64,000 bases of DNA from an uncultured Eubacteriales bacterium (GCA_958417225.1 CATZCM010000003.1:13433-77432), one strand, 5' to 3'. Positions 1 through 10,375 are shown, counted from the first letter of the stretch. Made by a program: numbers and translations. Notes: generated by a model not told the origin, from the sequence alone.

Positions 1-1293
1 GCCATCGATACTCTCAACCCACTCATCAAAATTTTCATCCTTACCATCATTTACATGAACTATCTCTATATCTTTTTTATTATAACCCTTAGGTATTTGC
101 AAATACAAAGTCACTTTCTTATCAAATGCTTTTATTTCGTTACCATACTTATCCACCATTGAAATATCAAATAAACGTAATTTCTCCGCCATAGTGCGAA
201 CGTCATTATCTACCTTAGATAAAATTTTATTGTAATCATTTTCGTCCTTATCCACTAATCTACAATATAATTCACTTCCCTCTGGAAATACCCCTGCAGG
301 CGCTTTCACGATAATATTTCCATTTTTGGTTTTAAACACTTGATTCATCTGCATCGACGCACAATCTACATTATCCTCAGTAGAAAATTCCGGTTCATCA
401 TAAACCCTGCATGGGATGTTAAGTTCTTTTAACTGTTCCTGAAGCTTTTGCTCCTCCTCATTATATCCCTTCCGTCGTACAATGACAACACTTTCCACGT
501 CCTGAGTAAAACTCAAATCACCATGAAATTGCAATTCAAAGTATTCTAAGTTAAATCCCAAATTTTTTTGATGGCAAAGCAAATTAGGTCGTGATGCAAC
601 TAAATTTTTATCTTTAATTGCATTAGAAAAATTCTCCATGCAACTGCTAGACCAATCAGGGATACACACAACTCTCGGATTTTTCACCCAAGTTGGTATT
701 ACAGACAATTCCTTTTTTATACTATTGCGCAAATTTAAACTATTACCTATAGAAAGTGTTGTTCTATCAAGCAAATTTTCCTTTTTAAGATTAATAATCA
801 CATTTCCATAATATTTTCTAAACGAACTCAAATCTTTAATATCCTGAGATTCATCTTTACTTGACAAATAACCATATTTCTCATAGTCACTCGCACCAAT
901 TTCACTCTCATCTGCACCGAACATCTCAATTGACAAAAATTTTCTATAAGTGAAACTATTATCTTTTGTCAAATCTTTCATTAGGTTCCAATTTTTTTCC
1001 ACATTCGATTGAATCTTATCATTTTTAATAATTTGATCCATTTTATCAATTTTCACACTCATCGAAAAATTGTTTTCAGCTATCAATTCTTTCAAAAAAT
1101 CTTCTATTACATGCACATCCCTTTCGCTGCTATACTTTTTCTCATTCAACATCTTTGCACATTCATTTTCATGAAATGTTGCAAATTTTTTTAACATCTT
1201 GGGAGTTGTACCATCCGCCATTACCCTGGAAATCGTAAGCGGACTGCAAATAATTGCCAATATAAACATCAACGCTACTATTTTTCTACACAT
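1..1293 (-). CDS. Secreted hypothetical protein, C-terminus cut by window edge (central region tentatively DUF3626-like)
   Basis: Absent from the ORF track because it runs off the window. ATG at 1293-1291, GGAGG at 1305-1301, frame open to position 1 (431 codons). N-terminus MCRKIVALMFILAIICSPLTISRVMA/DG looks like a Sec signal peptide. EMFGADES..EKYGYLSS..LEYFELQFHGDLSFTQDVESVVI resembles DUF3626 motifs as I remember them. The family call is unverified. Confidence 0.6.
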   Translation of the reverse strand, partial: MCRKIVALMFILAIICSPLTISRVMADGTTPKMLKKFATFHENECAKMLNEKKYSSERDVHVIEDFLKELIAENNFSMSVKIDKMDQIIKNDKIQSNVEKNWNLMKDLTKDNSFTYRKFLSIEMFGADESEIGASDYEKYGYLSSKDESQDIKDLSSFRKYYGNVIINLKKENLLDRTTLSIGNSLNLRNSIKKELSVIPTWVKNPRVVCIPDWSSSCMENFSNAIKDKNLVASRPNLLCHQKNLGFNLEYFELQFHGDLSFTQDVESVVIVRRKGYNEEEQKLQEQLKELNIPCRVYDEPEFSTEDNVDCASMQMNQVFKTKNGNIIVKAPAGVFPEGSELYCRLVDKDENDYNKILSKVDNDVRTMAEKLRLFDISMVDKYGNEIKAFDKKVTLYLQIPKGYNKKDIEIVHVNDGKDENFDEWVESIDG

Positions 1294-1398
1294 ACTTTTG
1301 CCTCCTTTAGTTATATAAAACGACTGATAATAACATTTTATATTTTCGTTAGCAATATGTCAATAGTTTTGATAAAATTTCGCACAACGACCAAACAA

Positions 1399-1441
1399 AT
1401 CGAGTGGCTGGGTAAATAAAACTGACACCCTTCCACTCGAT
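1399..1441 (-). terminator. Possible stem-loop terminator after ruvX
   Basis: 9-bp arms ATCGAGTGG / CCACTCGAT with a large loop, 12 nt downstream of the ruvX stop. Followed on the minus strand only by a weak TTGTTTGG tract. Confidence 0.3.
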
Positions 1442-1452
1442 ATTCATCTAAT

Positions 1453-1875
1453 TTAACATTTTTCAGTTTTCACTCTATCCAAGTAATTTTGTAAAATAAT
1501 TGTTGCTGCAACACTGTCAACAACATTCTTGCGTTTTTTCCCCCGCGTATCCGTTACATTTAAATAATTGTGTGCTGTAATTGTTGTTCCTCTCTCATCT
1601 TGAAGCACTGTTTCAATTTTCGACATACGTGACAACTCTTCAGCAAATTTTCTAGCTTTAACGGCACTCTCTCCCTCCGAACCATTCATGTTTTTTGGAA
1701 GACCAACCACTATTTTTTCTACACTGTGTTCCGATGCTAAATCACAAATTTTTATAAGAACTTTTTTCTGATTTTTCTCATTTACCACACAAAGCGGAAA
1801 AGCTAATTTTTGCATCTTATCACACAATGCCACTCCGGTTCGCACCTTTCCCACATCAACAGACATTATAACCAA
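1453..1875 (-). CDS. ruvX: Holliday-junction resolvase-like nuclease RuvX/YqgF
   Basis: (M)VIMSVDVGKVRTGVA...VGLPKNMNGSEGESA matches the YqgF/RuvX N-terminal and central motifs. I moved the start to TTG 1875-1873, which has AAGGAG about 10 nt upstream and lies just after the clpC stop. The track start at 1959 would overlap clpC by 80 nt. ATG 1866 is an alternative start. Confidence 0.8.
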   Translation of the reverse strand: MVIMSVDVGKVRTGVALCDKMQKLAFPLCVVNEKNQKKVLIKICDLASEHSVEKIVVGLPKNMNGSEGESAVKARKFAEELSRMSKIETVLQDERGTTITAHNYLNVTDTRGKKRKNVVDSVAATIILQNYLDRVKTEKC

Positions 1876-1879
1876 GTTT

Positions 1880-4342
1880 TCAGTACTCCTTTTCAAATAC
1901 AAAATTTTCATTTTTATAGTCACAAACAACAATATCTTTAGCCTGAAACCTTTTCGCAAGAATAGCTTCTGAAAGTTTATCTTCTATAGCAGTTTGTATA
2001 ATTCTTCTCAGTGGTCTCGCTCCATACACATCATCAAAACCCGCTTTTGAAATAGCGTTCACTGCATTATCAGTAAATTTCAATGTAATTCCTAAATCTT
2101 CAGACCTTGAAGTCAAATTTTTCAAAAGTCGTCTTGCAATATCTTTTATATCATCGCTAGTCAACTTCTTAAACACAATAATATCATCAACTCTGTTCAA
2201 AAACTCTGGTCTAAACTCCTTTTTCAGTTCAGACATAATTTTATCTCGAATATTCTTAGCATCCGCGTCACCGTCATCCGCGATACTAAATCCTAAAGTT
2301 AACTGTTTTTCTGTAATAAGTCTTGCGCCAATGTTGGATGTCATAATAACAATAGTATTCTTAAAATTGACAGTTCTACCTTGAGCATCTGTCAATCTAC
2401 CATCCTCAAGAATTTGCAAAAGCATATTAAATACATCAGGATGAGCTTTCTCTATTTCGTCAAACAAAATAACAGAATATGGCCTACGACGAACTTTTTC
2501 TGTTAACTGACCACCTTCATCAAACCCAACGTATCCCGGAGGTGAACCAATAAGTTTTGATACCGTATGTTTCTCCATATATTCTGACATATCAAGTCTA
2601 ATCATTGCATTCTCGTCCCCAAACATTGCCTCTGCCAAAGCTTTACAAAGTTCGGTCTTACCAACCCCAGTTGGACCTAAAAATATAAATGAACCTACAG
2701 GACGATTTGGATCTTTTAATCCTACACGACCTCTTCGTATTGCCCTCGACACTGCTGAAACCGCTTCATCTTGGCCAACAATTCGTTCATGAAGGACATC
2801 TTCCATTTTTAAAAGTCTAGTGCTTTCCTCCTCAGTAAGCTGAACAACAGGCACAGATGTCCAACTAGACACAATATAAGCTATATCATCTGGAGTCACT
2901 TCGCCATTAGCACTTTCATGTTTATCTTGCCATGCTTTTTTTTGAATATCAAGCCGATTCTTAAGCTCTCTTTCCTCATCACGAATTTTAGCTGCTCGTT
3001 CGAACTCCTGTGAATTTATCGCACAAGATTTTTCCTTATCAAGCTCTTTTAATCTTTTTTCCAAATCTTTTAGATCATCTGGAGCTGTGTATGCACGAAG
3101 CCTTACCCTTGAACAAGCCTCATCTATTAAATCTATAGCTTTATCCGGTAAAAATCTATCTGCAATATACCTTGAGGACAAATTCACCGCACTTTCTATT
3201 GCCGCATCACTTATTTTAACCGTATGATGAGCCTCATACCTGTCCCTAAGCCCTTTTAGAATCTGAATAGCTTCCTCTTCAGTTGGTTCACCTACCATCA
3301 CCGGTTGAAATCTTCTTTCCAAAGCAGAATCTTTTTCGATGTACTTACGGTATTCATCTATAGTTGTCGCCCCTATTACCTGAAAATCACCACGAGCAAG
3401 TGATGGTTTTAATATATTCGCGGCGTCAACAGCACCCTCTGAACCACCTGCACCTATAATTGTATGCAATTCATCAATAAACAAAATCACATTACCATTC
3501 TTCTTTACTTCTTCCACCACGTTACTTATGCGGTCTTCAAAATCACCACGATATTTCGTCCCAGCCACCATAGCACTGATATCTAGCGAAACCACTCTTT
3601 TATTTTTAAGTAACTCTGGTACATCACCATTTGAAATTTTAAGTGCAAGACCCTCTGCGATTGCGGTTTTTCCAACACCAGGCTCACCAATTAGGCACGG
3701 ATTATTTTTCGTACGCCTTGACAAAATTTGCACTACACGTTCAATTTCGTTTTTTCGTCCAATTACCGGATCAATCTCACCGCTTTTGGCAAGTGCCGTA
3801 AGATCGCGACCAAATTTGTCTAAAGTTTTCGTTGAGGATTTGGACTTTGGATTCTTTCCTTGCGAATTTCCCATATCGTACTCACTTTGTTCATATGCAC
3901 TACCATTTCCCAAAACCTCTTTCAAACTCTCAAGCACATCTCTAACAGACGTCCCCAACTCATTTAGGAATCTAACTGCATAACTATCCGATTCCATCAA
4001 TATTGCAATTAACAAGTGTTCTGTTCCAATATATCCATGACCAAACTTAGAGGCTTGAATAACAGCTACCTGAAGAATTCTCTTTGTTCTTGGAGTAAAA
4101 TGCTCTAATCCCAAATTTGTCTTTGGTCCTATTCCTATCTCATTTTCAATCAATTCACTAACAGATTCTTCTGTCACACCAAGTGAATTTAAAACTTCAT
4201 ATGCTACACAAGTCCCCTCTTTCAAAAGTCCGAGCAATATATGCTCGCTTCCAACATAATTATGTCCAAAATCTTGAGCGCTTTCTATCGCTATATTCAA
4301 TGTCTCATTTGCCTTTTCTGTGAAATCATTAAATCTAAACAT
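1880..4342 (-). CDS. clpC: ATP-dependent Clp protease ATP-binding subunit ClpC
   Basis: 820 aa. Double Clp-N repeat at the N-terminus, two AAA+ modules (GEPGVGKTA and GPTGVGKTE Walker A), and a UVR-like linker. Lies directly downstream of mcsA-mcsB. Confidence 0.95.
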   Translation of the reverse strand: MFRFNDFTEKANETLNIAIESAQDFGHNYVGSEHILLGLLKEGTCVAYEVLNSLGVTEESVSELIENEIGIGPKTNLGLEHFTPRTKRILQVAVIQASKFGHGYIGTEHLLIAILMESDSYAVRFLNELGTSVRDVLESLKEVLGNGSAYEQSEYDMGNSQGKNPKSKSSTKTLDKFGRDLTALAKSGEIDPVIGRKNEIERVVQILSRRTKNNPCLIGEPGVGKTAIAEGLALKISNGDVPELLKNKRVVSLDISAMVAGTKYRGDFEDRISNVVEEVKKNGNVILFIDELHTIIGAGGSEGAVDAANILKPSLARGDFQVIGATTIDEYRKYIEKDSALERRFQPVMVGEPTEEEAIQILKGLRDRYEAHHTVKISDAAIESAVNLSSRYIADRFLPDKAIDLIDEACSRVRLRAYTAPDDLKDLEKRLKELDKEKSCAINSQEFERAAKIRDEERELKNRLDIQKKAWQDKHESANGEVTPDDIAYIVSSWTSVPVVQLTEEESTRLLKMEDVLHERIVGQDEAVSAVSRAIRRGRVGLKDPNRPVGSFIFLGPTGVGKTELCKALAEAMFGDENAMIRLDMSEYMEKHTVSKLIGSPPGYVGFDEGGQLTEKVRRRPYSVILFDEIEKAHPDVFNMLLQILEDGRLTDAQGRTVNFKNTIVIMTSNIGARLITEKQLTLGFSIADDGDADAKNIRDKIMSELKKEFRPEFLNRVDDIIVFKKLTSDDIKDIARRLLKNLTSRSEDLGITLKFTDNAVNAISKAGFDDVYGARPLRRIIQTAIEDKLSEAILAKRFQAKDIVVCDYKNENFVFEKEY

Positions 4343-4356
4343 TTCTATTCATCCTT

Positions 4357-5397
4357 TCATAGATCACATAAATTTTTCTTCATAATACTCGCTCGTCTTT
4401 CATCGCGATCAAGTGGTGTCATTTTCTCACCAACAATCCCCATTAAAGTAGCAGGTGGTATCATATATAAAAGCTTATTTATAAACTCAATTGACAAATT
4501 ATCAATCTCCCCAACTGACACACCAAGTCTTACATTTAATAAAAGTGCCGTACACTCATCAGCAGATAAAAGTTTGGCTGATTTTAGGATTCCAAGTGAC
4601 CTTGCAATCACATCCTTTGTTTTTATGTTTTTCAACAAAGTTTCTCGTGCAACGCGTTCTTGTGCTATCATTTGCTTTGCTACGTCTTGTAAATTCTTTA
4701 TTGCATCATCCTCCGACAATCCAAGTGTTACCTGATTGGATAATTGATACATTGCAGATTTGGCTTTCGTCCCTTCCCCATATGTCCCACGGAGTGTTAA
4801 TCCGAGTTTAGACAAATCCGTCTGCATTCGATCCATAACTCCATTTTCCTGAAGTGCCGGCAAATGCAACATTACTGACGCGCGCATCCCTGTGCCTAAG
4901 TTCGTGGGACACTGGGTTAAATACCCAAGTCTATCATTAAATGCAAATTCAAGTTGCTCATCAAGTAATGCATCAATTTTCCTGGCCACATCGTATACTT
5001 CAGAAAATTTTAATCCATACTGCATCACTTGAAGACGTATATGATCTTCCTCTCCTATCATTATACTAACTATTGGATCAACACTATTTATATCATCGTT
5101 CATCAATAACAAACCTGATGGTTTTTTGTTCGATGCAAATGCTGGACTTATAAGATGTTTTTCCACCAAAGCAGTTTTTTCTATTTGACTTAGTGCATTC
5201 ATATCATAATAAGTAAAATCCTTTGCTATCACAGAATTCCCTCCAATAATAGCATTCTTTACTAACTCATTAACTTTTATTCGATCATTTTGCGAAAGTC
5301 TTTCTGGAAATGGGAATGCTTTTAGATTTCTAGCAAACCTAATTCTAACACTTATAACAATATCTTGATCAAACTTAAATACTTTGCTCATCGTCAT
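4357..5397 (-). CDS. mcsB: Protein arginine kinase McsB (ATP:guanido phosphotransferase)
   Basis: 346 aa with the guanido-kinase signature region ...CPTNLGTGMRASVMLHLPAL..., sitting between mcsA and clpC. Confidence 0.9.
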   Translation of the reverse strand: MTMSKVFKFDQDIVISVRIRFARNLKAFPFPERLSQNDRIKVNELVKNAIIGGNSVIAKDFTYYDMNALSQIEKTALVEKHLISPAFASNKKPSGLLLMNDDINSVDPIVSIMIGEEDHIRLQVMQYGLKFSEVYDVARKIDALLDEQLEFAFNDRLGYLTQCPTNLGTGMRASVMLHLPALQENGVMDRMQTDLSKLGLTLRGTYGEGTKAKSAMYQLSNQVTLGLSEDDAIKNLQDVAKQMIAQERVARETLLKNIKTKDVIARSLGILKSAKLLSADECTALLLNVRLGVSVGEIDNLSIEFINKLLYMIPPATLMGIVGEKMTPLDRDERRASIMKKNLCDL

Positions 5398-5902
5398 TCA
5401 CCTGCCCTTCTAAAATTTTAATCTGATCACGAAGTTCAGCCGCCATTTCGAAATTTTGAGTTTTTATAGCATCCTGCATTTTATCCTTTAAAATCAATAT
5501 TTTTTTATGTATATCTGACGCATGATTTTTATCATCATTGGAATTTCGCCTAGATACATGCATACTTTTTCCGTGAATTCTTTCTATAATCGGAAGTAAT
5601 TCTTTTGAAAATGTTTCATAACATTTCTCACATCCAACTTTTCCCGTAGATGAAATTTCATCATATGACATATTGCACTTAGGGCACCTTTTTGTATTGG
5701 TATTTGGCACGTGTGATGATCCTCCTAGAACACCCGCCAATAAATTCCCCATATTAAAAGGAAATGAAAAATTTTCCACATTCATAACATAACCAAGTTT
5801 TTGTGCACATGCTGAACATAACATATATTCCTTCGTTTCATTTCCAACTGTAGTTTTAATACAAGTGTTTGCAGTGTTTTGATGACATGATTGACACAAC
5901 AT
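5375..5902 (-). CDS. mcsA: McsA, activator of McsB (zinc-finger plus UVR domain protein)
   Basis: CxxC pairs (CQSC, CSAC, CPKC, CEKC) and a C-terminal UVR-like segment FEMAAELRDQIKILE. Overlaps the mcsB start. Strong RBS AAGGAGG upstream. Confidence 0.85.
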   Translation of the reverse strand: MLCQSCHQNTANTCIKTTVGNETKEYMLCSACAQKLGYVMNVENFSFPFNMGNLLAGVLGGSSHVPNTNTKRCPKCNMSYDEISSTGKVGCEKCYETFSKELLPIIERIHGKSMHVSRRNSNDDKNHASDIHKKILILKDKMQDAIKTQNFEMAAELRDQIKILEGQVNDDEQSI

Positions 5903-6020
5903 AAAAAAACCTCCTTTATATTAGTAACGCAACTTAACATCAATCAAAATTAATAAGATCCACGCATATCACCAGATCAAATGTCTTACAGAATGGATAA
6001 CATGCGGTCTTATACTATGT

Positions 6021-6049
6021 ATTATACTCCATAAATTTATATATTGCAA
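6021..6049 (-). promoter_or_regulatory. Sigma-A type promoter candidate for mcsA-mcsB-clpC
   Basis: On the minus strand: TTGCAA (6049-6044), 17-nt spacer, TATAAT (6026-6021), about 110 nt upstream of the mcsA ATG. Confidence 0.55.
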
Positions 6050-6179
6050 CTTAATACTTTATAATAAAAAATAATCAACATACCACAAAAACGTAGTATG
6101 TCTTATAAATAATATAGTAATAAAGTATTTAAAAAATGCTAATAAAACCTAGTCAAGTACTTTTCACTTTAATCTACAT

Positions 6180-7745
6180 TTATACGTCCTCCACCTTAAT
6201 TTTATGGGTTTTCAGCTTACTATCGTACGAAATCCCCACTGCTAACTTTTGTCCTGTATATTCATCCAACGCTCTCGCGTAACGCTTTTCTCGTATCTGC
6301 TTCAGTGCTTCCTCTGGAGTCGAATCTTTCTTTAACTCAATAATAAATGCTGGTTTTGATTTATTATTCGGGAAAAAGATAAAATCAGCAAATCCTATCC
6401 CTGCCGGCATTTCACGTACAACTTTGTACTGTGACCTTGCATTCAGGTACACAAGTGTAATAACACACGCAAGTGAATTTTCATCATTGTACTTAATTAT
6501 CGGAATATTTATATCATGTGCCTCTTGAATTAATCGTTCCATCGTTTTTGTATCTTTTTTTATTGTTGCTTCGAGCATCTCATTTGACTGTAAAACTAGT
6601 TTGGATATTTCTCCCATCTTGTGGCTACGCAACGCATAATCAAACTTTATTCGAAGTTCTTTATTGGGAATCCTGAGTTCCTCATCATAATAGCTCAAAA
6701 ATCCATAAACCGTCATCGCTGATAATATTTCATCTCTTGTATTCAAACTAATCTTTTCTGCACTGTAACCTTCAAGTAGGATATGTACTGGTATTCCAGA
6801 CACCATTCGCACTATATCATCTCGAACTGCTTCAATATTATTTTCAATATAGTAACTTATCTCATCCATTGGGCCTGTATTCGTCCAATAACTTTGGCAA
6901 TCTCCTTCATCAAGCGCATAATAAACAGACCTCGGATTGTATATCTCTAATCCACTGTAACTTTTATATCCATCGTACCATTCCTTGAGTTCATTCATCG
7001 TAATAACTTCTTGCTTCGAACACAATCTTTCTACCTCAGATTCAGTAAAACCAAAAAATGAATCAAATTTCTTATCATTCATCATATTGTATTCCCTAAA
7101 CATATTTAGCGCTGAACCAGACGAATACTTCGCTATTGGCAATACTCCAGTCATATACGCAAGTTCCACATATGGTTTATCTTTTAGCAAATCCTTCAAA
7201 AACTGCAGAAAACTTTCCCTCTCCGCCTCCGAAAAGAACTTATTGTTAAAAATGTAATCCCATTCGTCCAGAATAAAAATGAAACCTTCACGGGTTTCAC
7301 TGTAAACCTGTGTAAAAAGATCTGACAACGACCATAATGGATCAATCTCCAAATTTTCATAAACACTTTTTAAATCGTTAATAAGTAAGCTCACATATCG
7401 ATCAATGAATTCTTCGTACGTACAATTTATTTTCGGCATCTCACTAAAAGTTAAATAGATCACGTTATACTTATTCAAGTGTTCAAGATACGATGGATCA
7501 CTTGATACTTCAAGCTTATCAAATAAATTCTTAAAATTTGCGTTTTTTGAGTAGTAGCACGCAAGCATCATCGCATTGACAGTCTTTCCAAATCTTCTCG
7601 GACGAGTTATACATATATATCTGTCTTTTTTCCCAACAATGTTATTAATTTTACTTATCATTTCACTTTTGTCCACAAAATATCTTTCACGCGTCATTCG
7701 TTCAAATTCGTTGTCATTAAACAATCCATTCAAAATATGCCCCAT
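6180..7745 (-). CDS. Predicted AAA-ATPase with C-terminal PD-(D/E)XK nuclease domain (AAA-ATPase_like / PDDEXK_9 type)
   Basis: 521 aa. N-terminus ...YFVDKSEMISKIN...RYICITRPRRFGKTVNAMMLACYY is typical of that family. C-terminus ...GFADFIFFPN...AFIIELKKDS... fits a PD-(D/E)XK core. Confidence 0.75.
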   Translation of the reverse strand: MGHILNGLFNDNEFERMTRERYFVDKSEMISKINNIVGKKDRYICITRPRRFGKTVNAMMLACYYSKNANFKNLFDKLEVSSDPSYLEHLNKYNVIYLTFSEMPKINCTYEEFIDRYVSLLINDLKSVYENLEIDPLWSLSDLFTQVYSETREGFIFILDEWDYIFNNKFFSEAERESFLQFLKDLLKDKPYVELAYMTGVLPIAKYSSGSALNMFREYNMMNDKKFDSFFGFTESEVERLCSKQEVITMNELKEWYDGYKSYSGLEIYNPRSVYYALDEGDCQSYWTNTGPMDEISYYIENNIEAVRDDIVRMVSGIPVHILLEGYSAEKISLNTRDEILSAMTVYGFLSYYDEELRIPNKELRIKFDYALRSHKMGEISKLVLQSNEMLEATIKKDTKTMERLIQEAHDINIPIIKYNDENSLACVITLVYLNARSQYKVVREMPAGIGFADFIFFPNNKSKPAFIIELKKDSTPEEALKQIREKRYARALDEYTGQKLAVGISYDSKLKTHKIKVEDV

Positions 7746-7776
7746 AGTGCCACTTCCTTTCCTTAATACTACATTT

Positions 7777-7805
7777 ATTATACCACATCATTTGTCCCAC
7801 GGCAA
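7777..7805 (-). promoter_or_regulatory. Promoter candidate for the AAA-ATPase gene
   Basis: Minus strand TTGCCG (7805-7800), 17 nt, TATAAT (7782-7777), with a TGG directly upstream of the -10 (extended -10 like). Confidence 0.5.
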
Positions 7806-8360
7806 CATATAAATAATTTTTTGAATTTTCCCAGTTTTTCATAACCAAATAAAACCAACATAATCAAATAATAACATGTACATTGAATAGGGAAAATTTT
7901 GATCAGATGTCCCTTAAACACACTTTAAAAGCACAGCAAGTAGACCATCAACTTTTATTCATTCCACATATTTGCTTAAAAAGCCTCTTAGCAACTACTT
8001 TTATCACTTTCCATCAATTAGTACCGCTACATCCAATAGTTATTGTTAGTAACGAACTCAACCTTTTAATAAAATTAAGTAACAGTTACCCTATTATTTT
8101 TCAGTACATAAGGTAAACTTTAACACTTACAACTCTAAGATGTTTGTCTATACTTTTGAGATTTTATATCAAAGGCATCAATTCTTTCTAAACCTGCAAA
8201 TCCTTCGGAATCAAATTTTAACATATTTTTAAAGTGCTAAAAAAATTACTATGAAAACACCATTTTATAAACTAAAAATGATTATTTCACAGTAACTATT
8301 TTTTGAGTTCACATTATTTCTCGTCGCTATAACTAAACAAACTTTTTTCAACTTACGAAC

Positions 8361-8843
8361 TTATTCAATTTTCAATCCTTTCACCCAATTCATAAGATCC
8401 TCACTCTTAATATCATACCTAAACACTTTCCCCTTCAACAATTTTGCTCCTTTGCAACTCGGAGAAAGTTTTTCATTTGTTTTTCCCATGCCACTTCCGC
8501 CGGAGGTAGCAAATGGAACAATAACCTTCCCATTAAAATCGCAACTTTCCAAAAACGTATTAACAATGGTAGGCGCAACATACCACCATATTGGGAATCC
8601 AATAAACACTGTATCATACTCACTAGCATTAGAAAGTGTTTGTGCAATTTCTGGACGAAACTGCAAATTTTCCATCTCAATTGAACTGCGGCTTTTTTTA
8701 TTAGTCCAATCAAGATCCGCATCAGTATACAAAATCTTAGGTTTAATCTCAAATAAATCCGCATTTATGGTTTCTGCTAAACGTTTAGCGACGTTCTTCG
8801 TCACTCCAGTTGCTGAAAAATACGCTACAAGTTTCTTATTCAT
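8361..8843 (-). CDS. Flavodoxin-like protein
   Basis: MNKKLVAYFSATGVTKNVAKRLAE... has flavodoxin fold motifs. Start moved to ATG 8843 because GGAGGG lies 6 nt upstream. Confidence 0.8.
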   Translation of the reverse strand: MNKKLVAYFSATGVTKNVAKRLAETINADLFEIKPKILYTDADLDWTNKKSRSSIEMENLQFRPEIAQTLSNASEYDTVFIGFPIWWYVAPTIVNTFLESCDFNGKVIVPFATSGGSGMGKTNEKLSPSCKGAKLLKGKVFRYDIKSEDLMNWVKGLKIE

Positions 8844-8970
8844 ATATTTCCCTCCATCACTCACAAATTAACACATATTAAAAAAATATCTACTGTTATC
8901 CACATGGCACCATGTAAAACCTTGTTACTTTTTCAAATTATGCGCCAATACATGATGACACAATATATTA

Positions 8971-10134
8971 TTAGTAAGCTTCCTGTAAAATAGTCAAAAT
9001 TTCTTGTTTTGTCATTTTTTTGTATCCGCCACCAACTTCAGTCGAATTTGCAATCTTAGGAAGCATTTCTTCTGTAGCACCGATATCACGTAACCTAGTA
9101 GGAAGTTCCATCTTTTTTATAAATTCGTCAAGTTTTTCAATGCCCATAAGAGCTGCTTCATACTTGGGCATTGAATCAGTATCAACATCCCACATTTTTT
9201 TTGCAAAACGGGCAAACTTATCCCACCCAAACTTATATATATGCTTGTAATATGGAACAGACAAAACTGCAAGCCCCACTCCATGTGCGCAATTTGTATA
9301 TGCACTAAGCTGATGCTCAATCATATGAACTTGCCAATCCTGTCTCTTGGAAAGCCCCGTAATTTGATTAAGTGCCATAGTTGAGCACCACATGATATTA
9401 CTTTTAATTTCATAATTTCTAGGATTTCGCAAAGCAATTTCCGTACTGTGCCGTAATGATTGAAAAACACCTTCAATAATATAATCTGTTGTATTGTCAT
9501 CAAATCCAGTAAAATATTGCTCCATCAGATGCGACATCGCATCAAAAATTCCGCTCACCATCTGAAGTTTCGGAACTCCAAAGGTATAATTTGGGTTAAG
9601 AATTGAAAATTTAGGGTTCACTTCAGGAGGGAAAACTCTACCACATTTTATCATTTCATCCTCATTGGTAATTACTGAACCACCGTTCATCTCTGAACCA
9701 GTTCCTGAAAGCGTCGGTATACATCCTACTGGAATAATCTCATTATCCACATCTTCTTTATTCACCCAGTAACGTTGCCACGGATCACCTTTACAATGTG
9801 CAGATACGGAAATAGCTTTTGCACAATCAATCACCGAACCGCCACCCACTGCCAAAATAAGATCTATATTATTTTCTCTTGCAAATTTCGCACATTCCAT
9901 CATTTGTTTGTATGTTGGATTAGGTTTGATTCCAGATAGTTCAATAATATTTTTCCCCGAATTTTTAAGAACTTCCGACACTTGATCATATACAACAATT
10001 TTTTTTATCGAACCTTCACCGTATAAAAAAAGAATATTGTCTCCATAATTCTTAAGTTCCTCCGACAAATGTGATAAAGCAGTTTTACCAAAATAAACTT
10101 TGGTAGGATTGTAATAATAAAAGTCTAAAATCAT
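8971..10134 (-). CDS. Iron-containing alcohol dehydrogenase (butanol dehydrogenase / YqhD-like)
   Basis: 387 aa with ...LAVGGGSVIDCAKAI... and the His-rich metal motifs of Fe-ADH family III. Confidence 0.85.
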   Translation of the reverse strand: MILDFYYYNPTKVYFGKTALSHLSEELKNYGDNILFLYGEGSIKKIVVYDQVSEVLKNSGKNIIELSGIKPNPTYKQMMECAKFARENNIDLILAVGGGSVIDCAKAISVSAHCKGDPWQRYWVNKEDVDNEIIPVGCIPTLSGTGSEMNGGSVITNEDEMIKCGRVFPPEVNPKFSILNPNYTFGVPKLQMVSGIFDAMSHLMEQYFTGFDDNTTDYIIEGVFQSLRHSTEIALRNPRNYEIKSNIMWCSTMALNQITGLSKRQDWQVHMIEHQLSAYTNCAHGVGLAVLSVPYYKHIYKFGWDKFARFAKKMWDVDTDSMPKYEAALMGIEKLDEFIKKMELPTRLRDIGATEEMLPKIANSTEVGGGYKKMTKQEILTILQEAY

Positions 10135-10334
10135 TCCAGTACACTCCCCTTTTGTTTAATATTTGAAGATAATCAATGTTATCAATCAAACCATACAATA
10201 AATTCATTTTTCAAAATAAATACTATATCTTAATTCATTTAGAAAATCCACCATATGCTAAAAAATATTTATTTAACACAAGTTACAAACACCATGTAGT
10301 TTTTCTCATCAAATCAAATAAATACAAATTACAT

Positions 10335-10368
10335 AAAAAAGCCCAGCAAACACGTATAGTTTGCTAGG
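10335..10368 (-). terminator. Rho-independent terminator after tRNA-Ser
   Basis: Minus strand CCTAGCAAAC-TATACGT-GTTTGCTGGG followed by CTTTTTT. Confidence 0.65.
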
Positions 10369-10375
10369 TTTCAAT

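Noticed and set aside
3528-4811. Plus-strand ORFs 3528..3983, 4241..4735 and 4491..4811. Many similar antisense ORFs sit inside ligA, recA, ugd, rfb genes, the ABC genes and others.
   Set aside because: They lie entirely antisense to long, confidently identified genes. They have no RBS, and their low-complexity, Ser/Leu/Phe-rich translations are typical of shadow ORFs in AT-rich DNA.
6130-6165. CTTGACTAGG near the mcsA promoter as a CtsR operator.
   Set aside because: Only one degenerate heptad is present (5/7). The second half-site matches 4/7, and there is no tandem GGTCAAA repeat.
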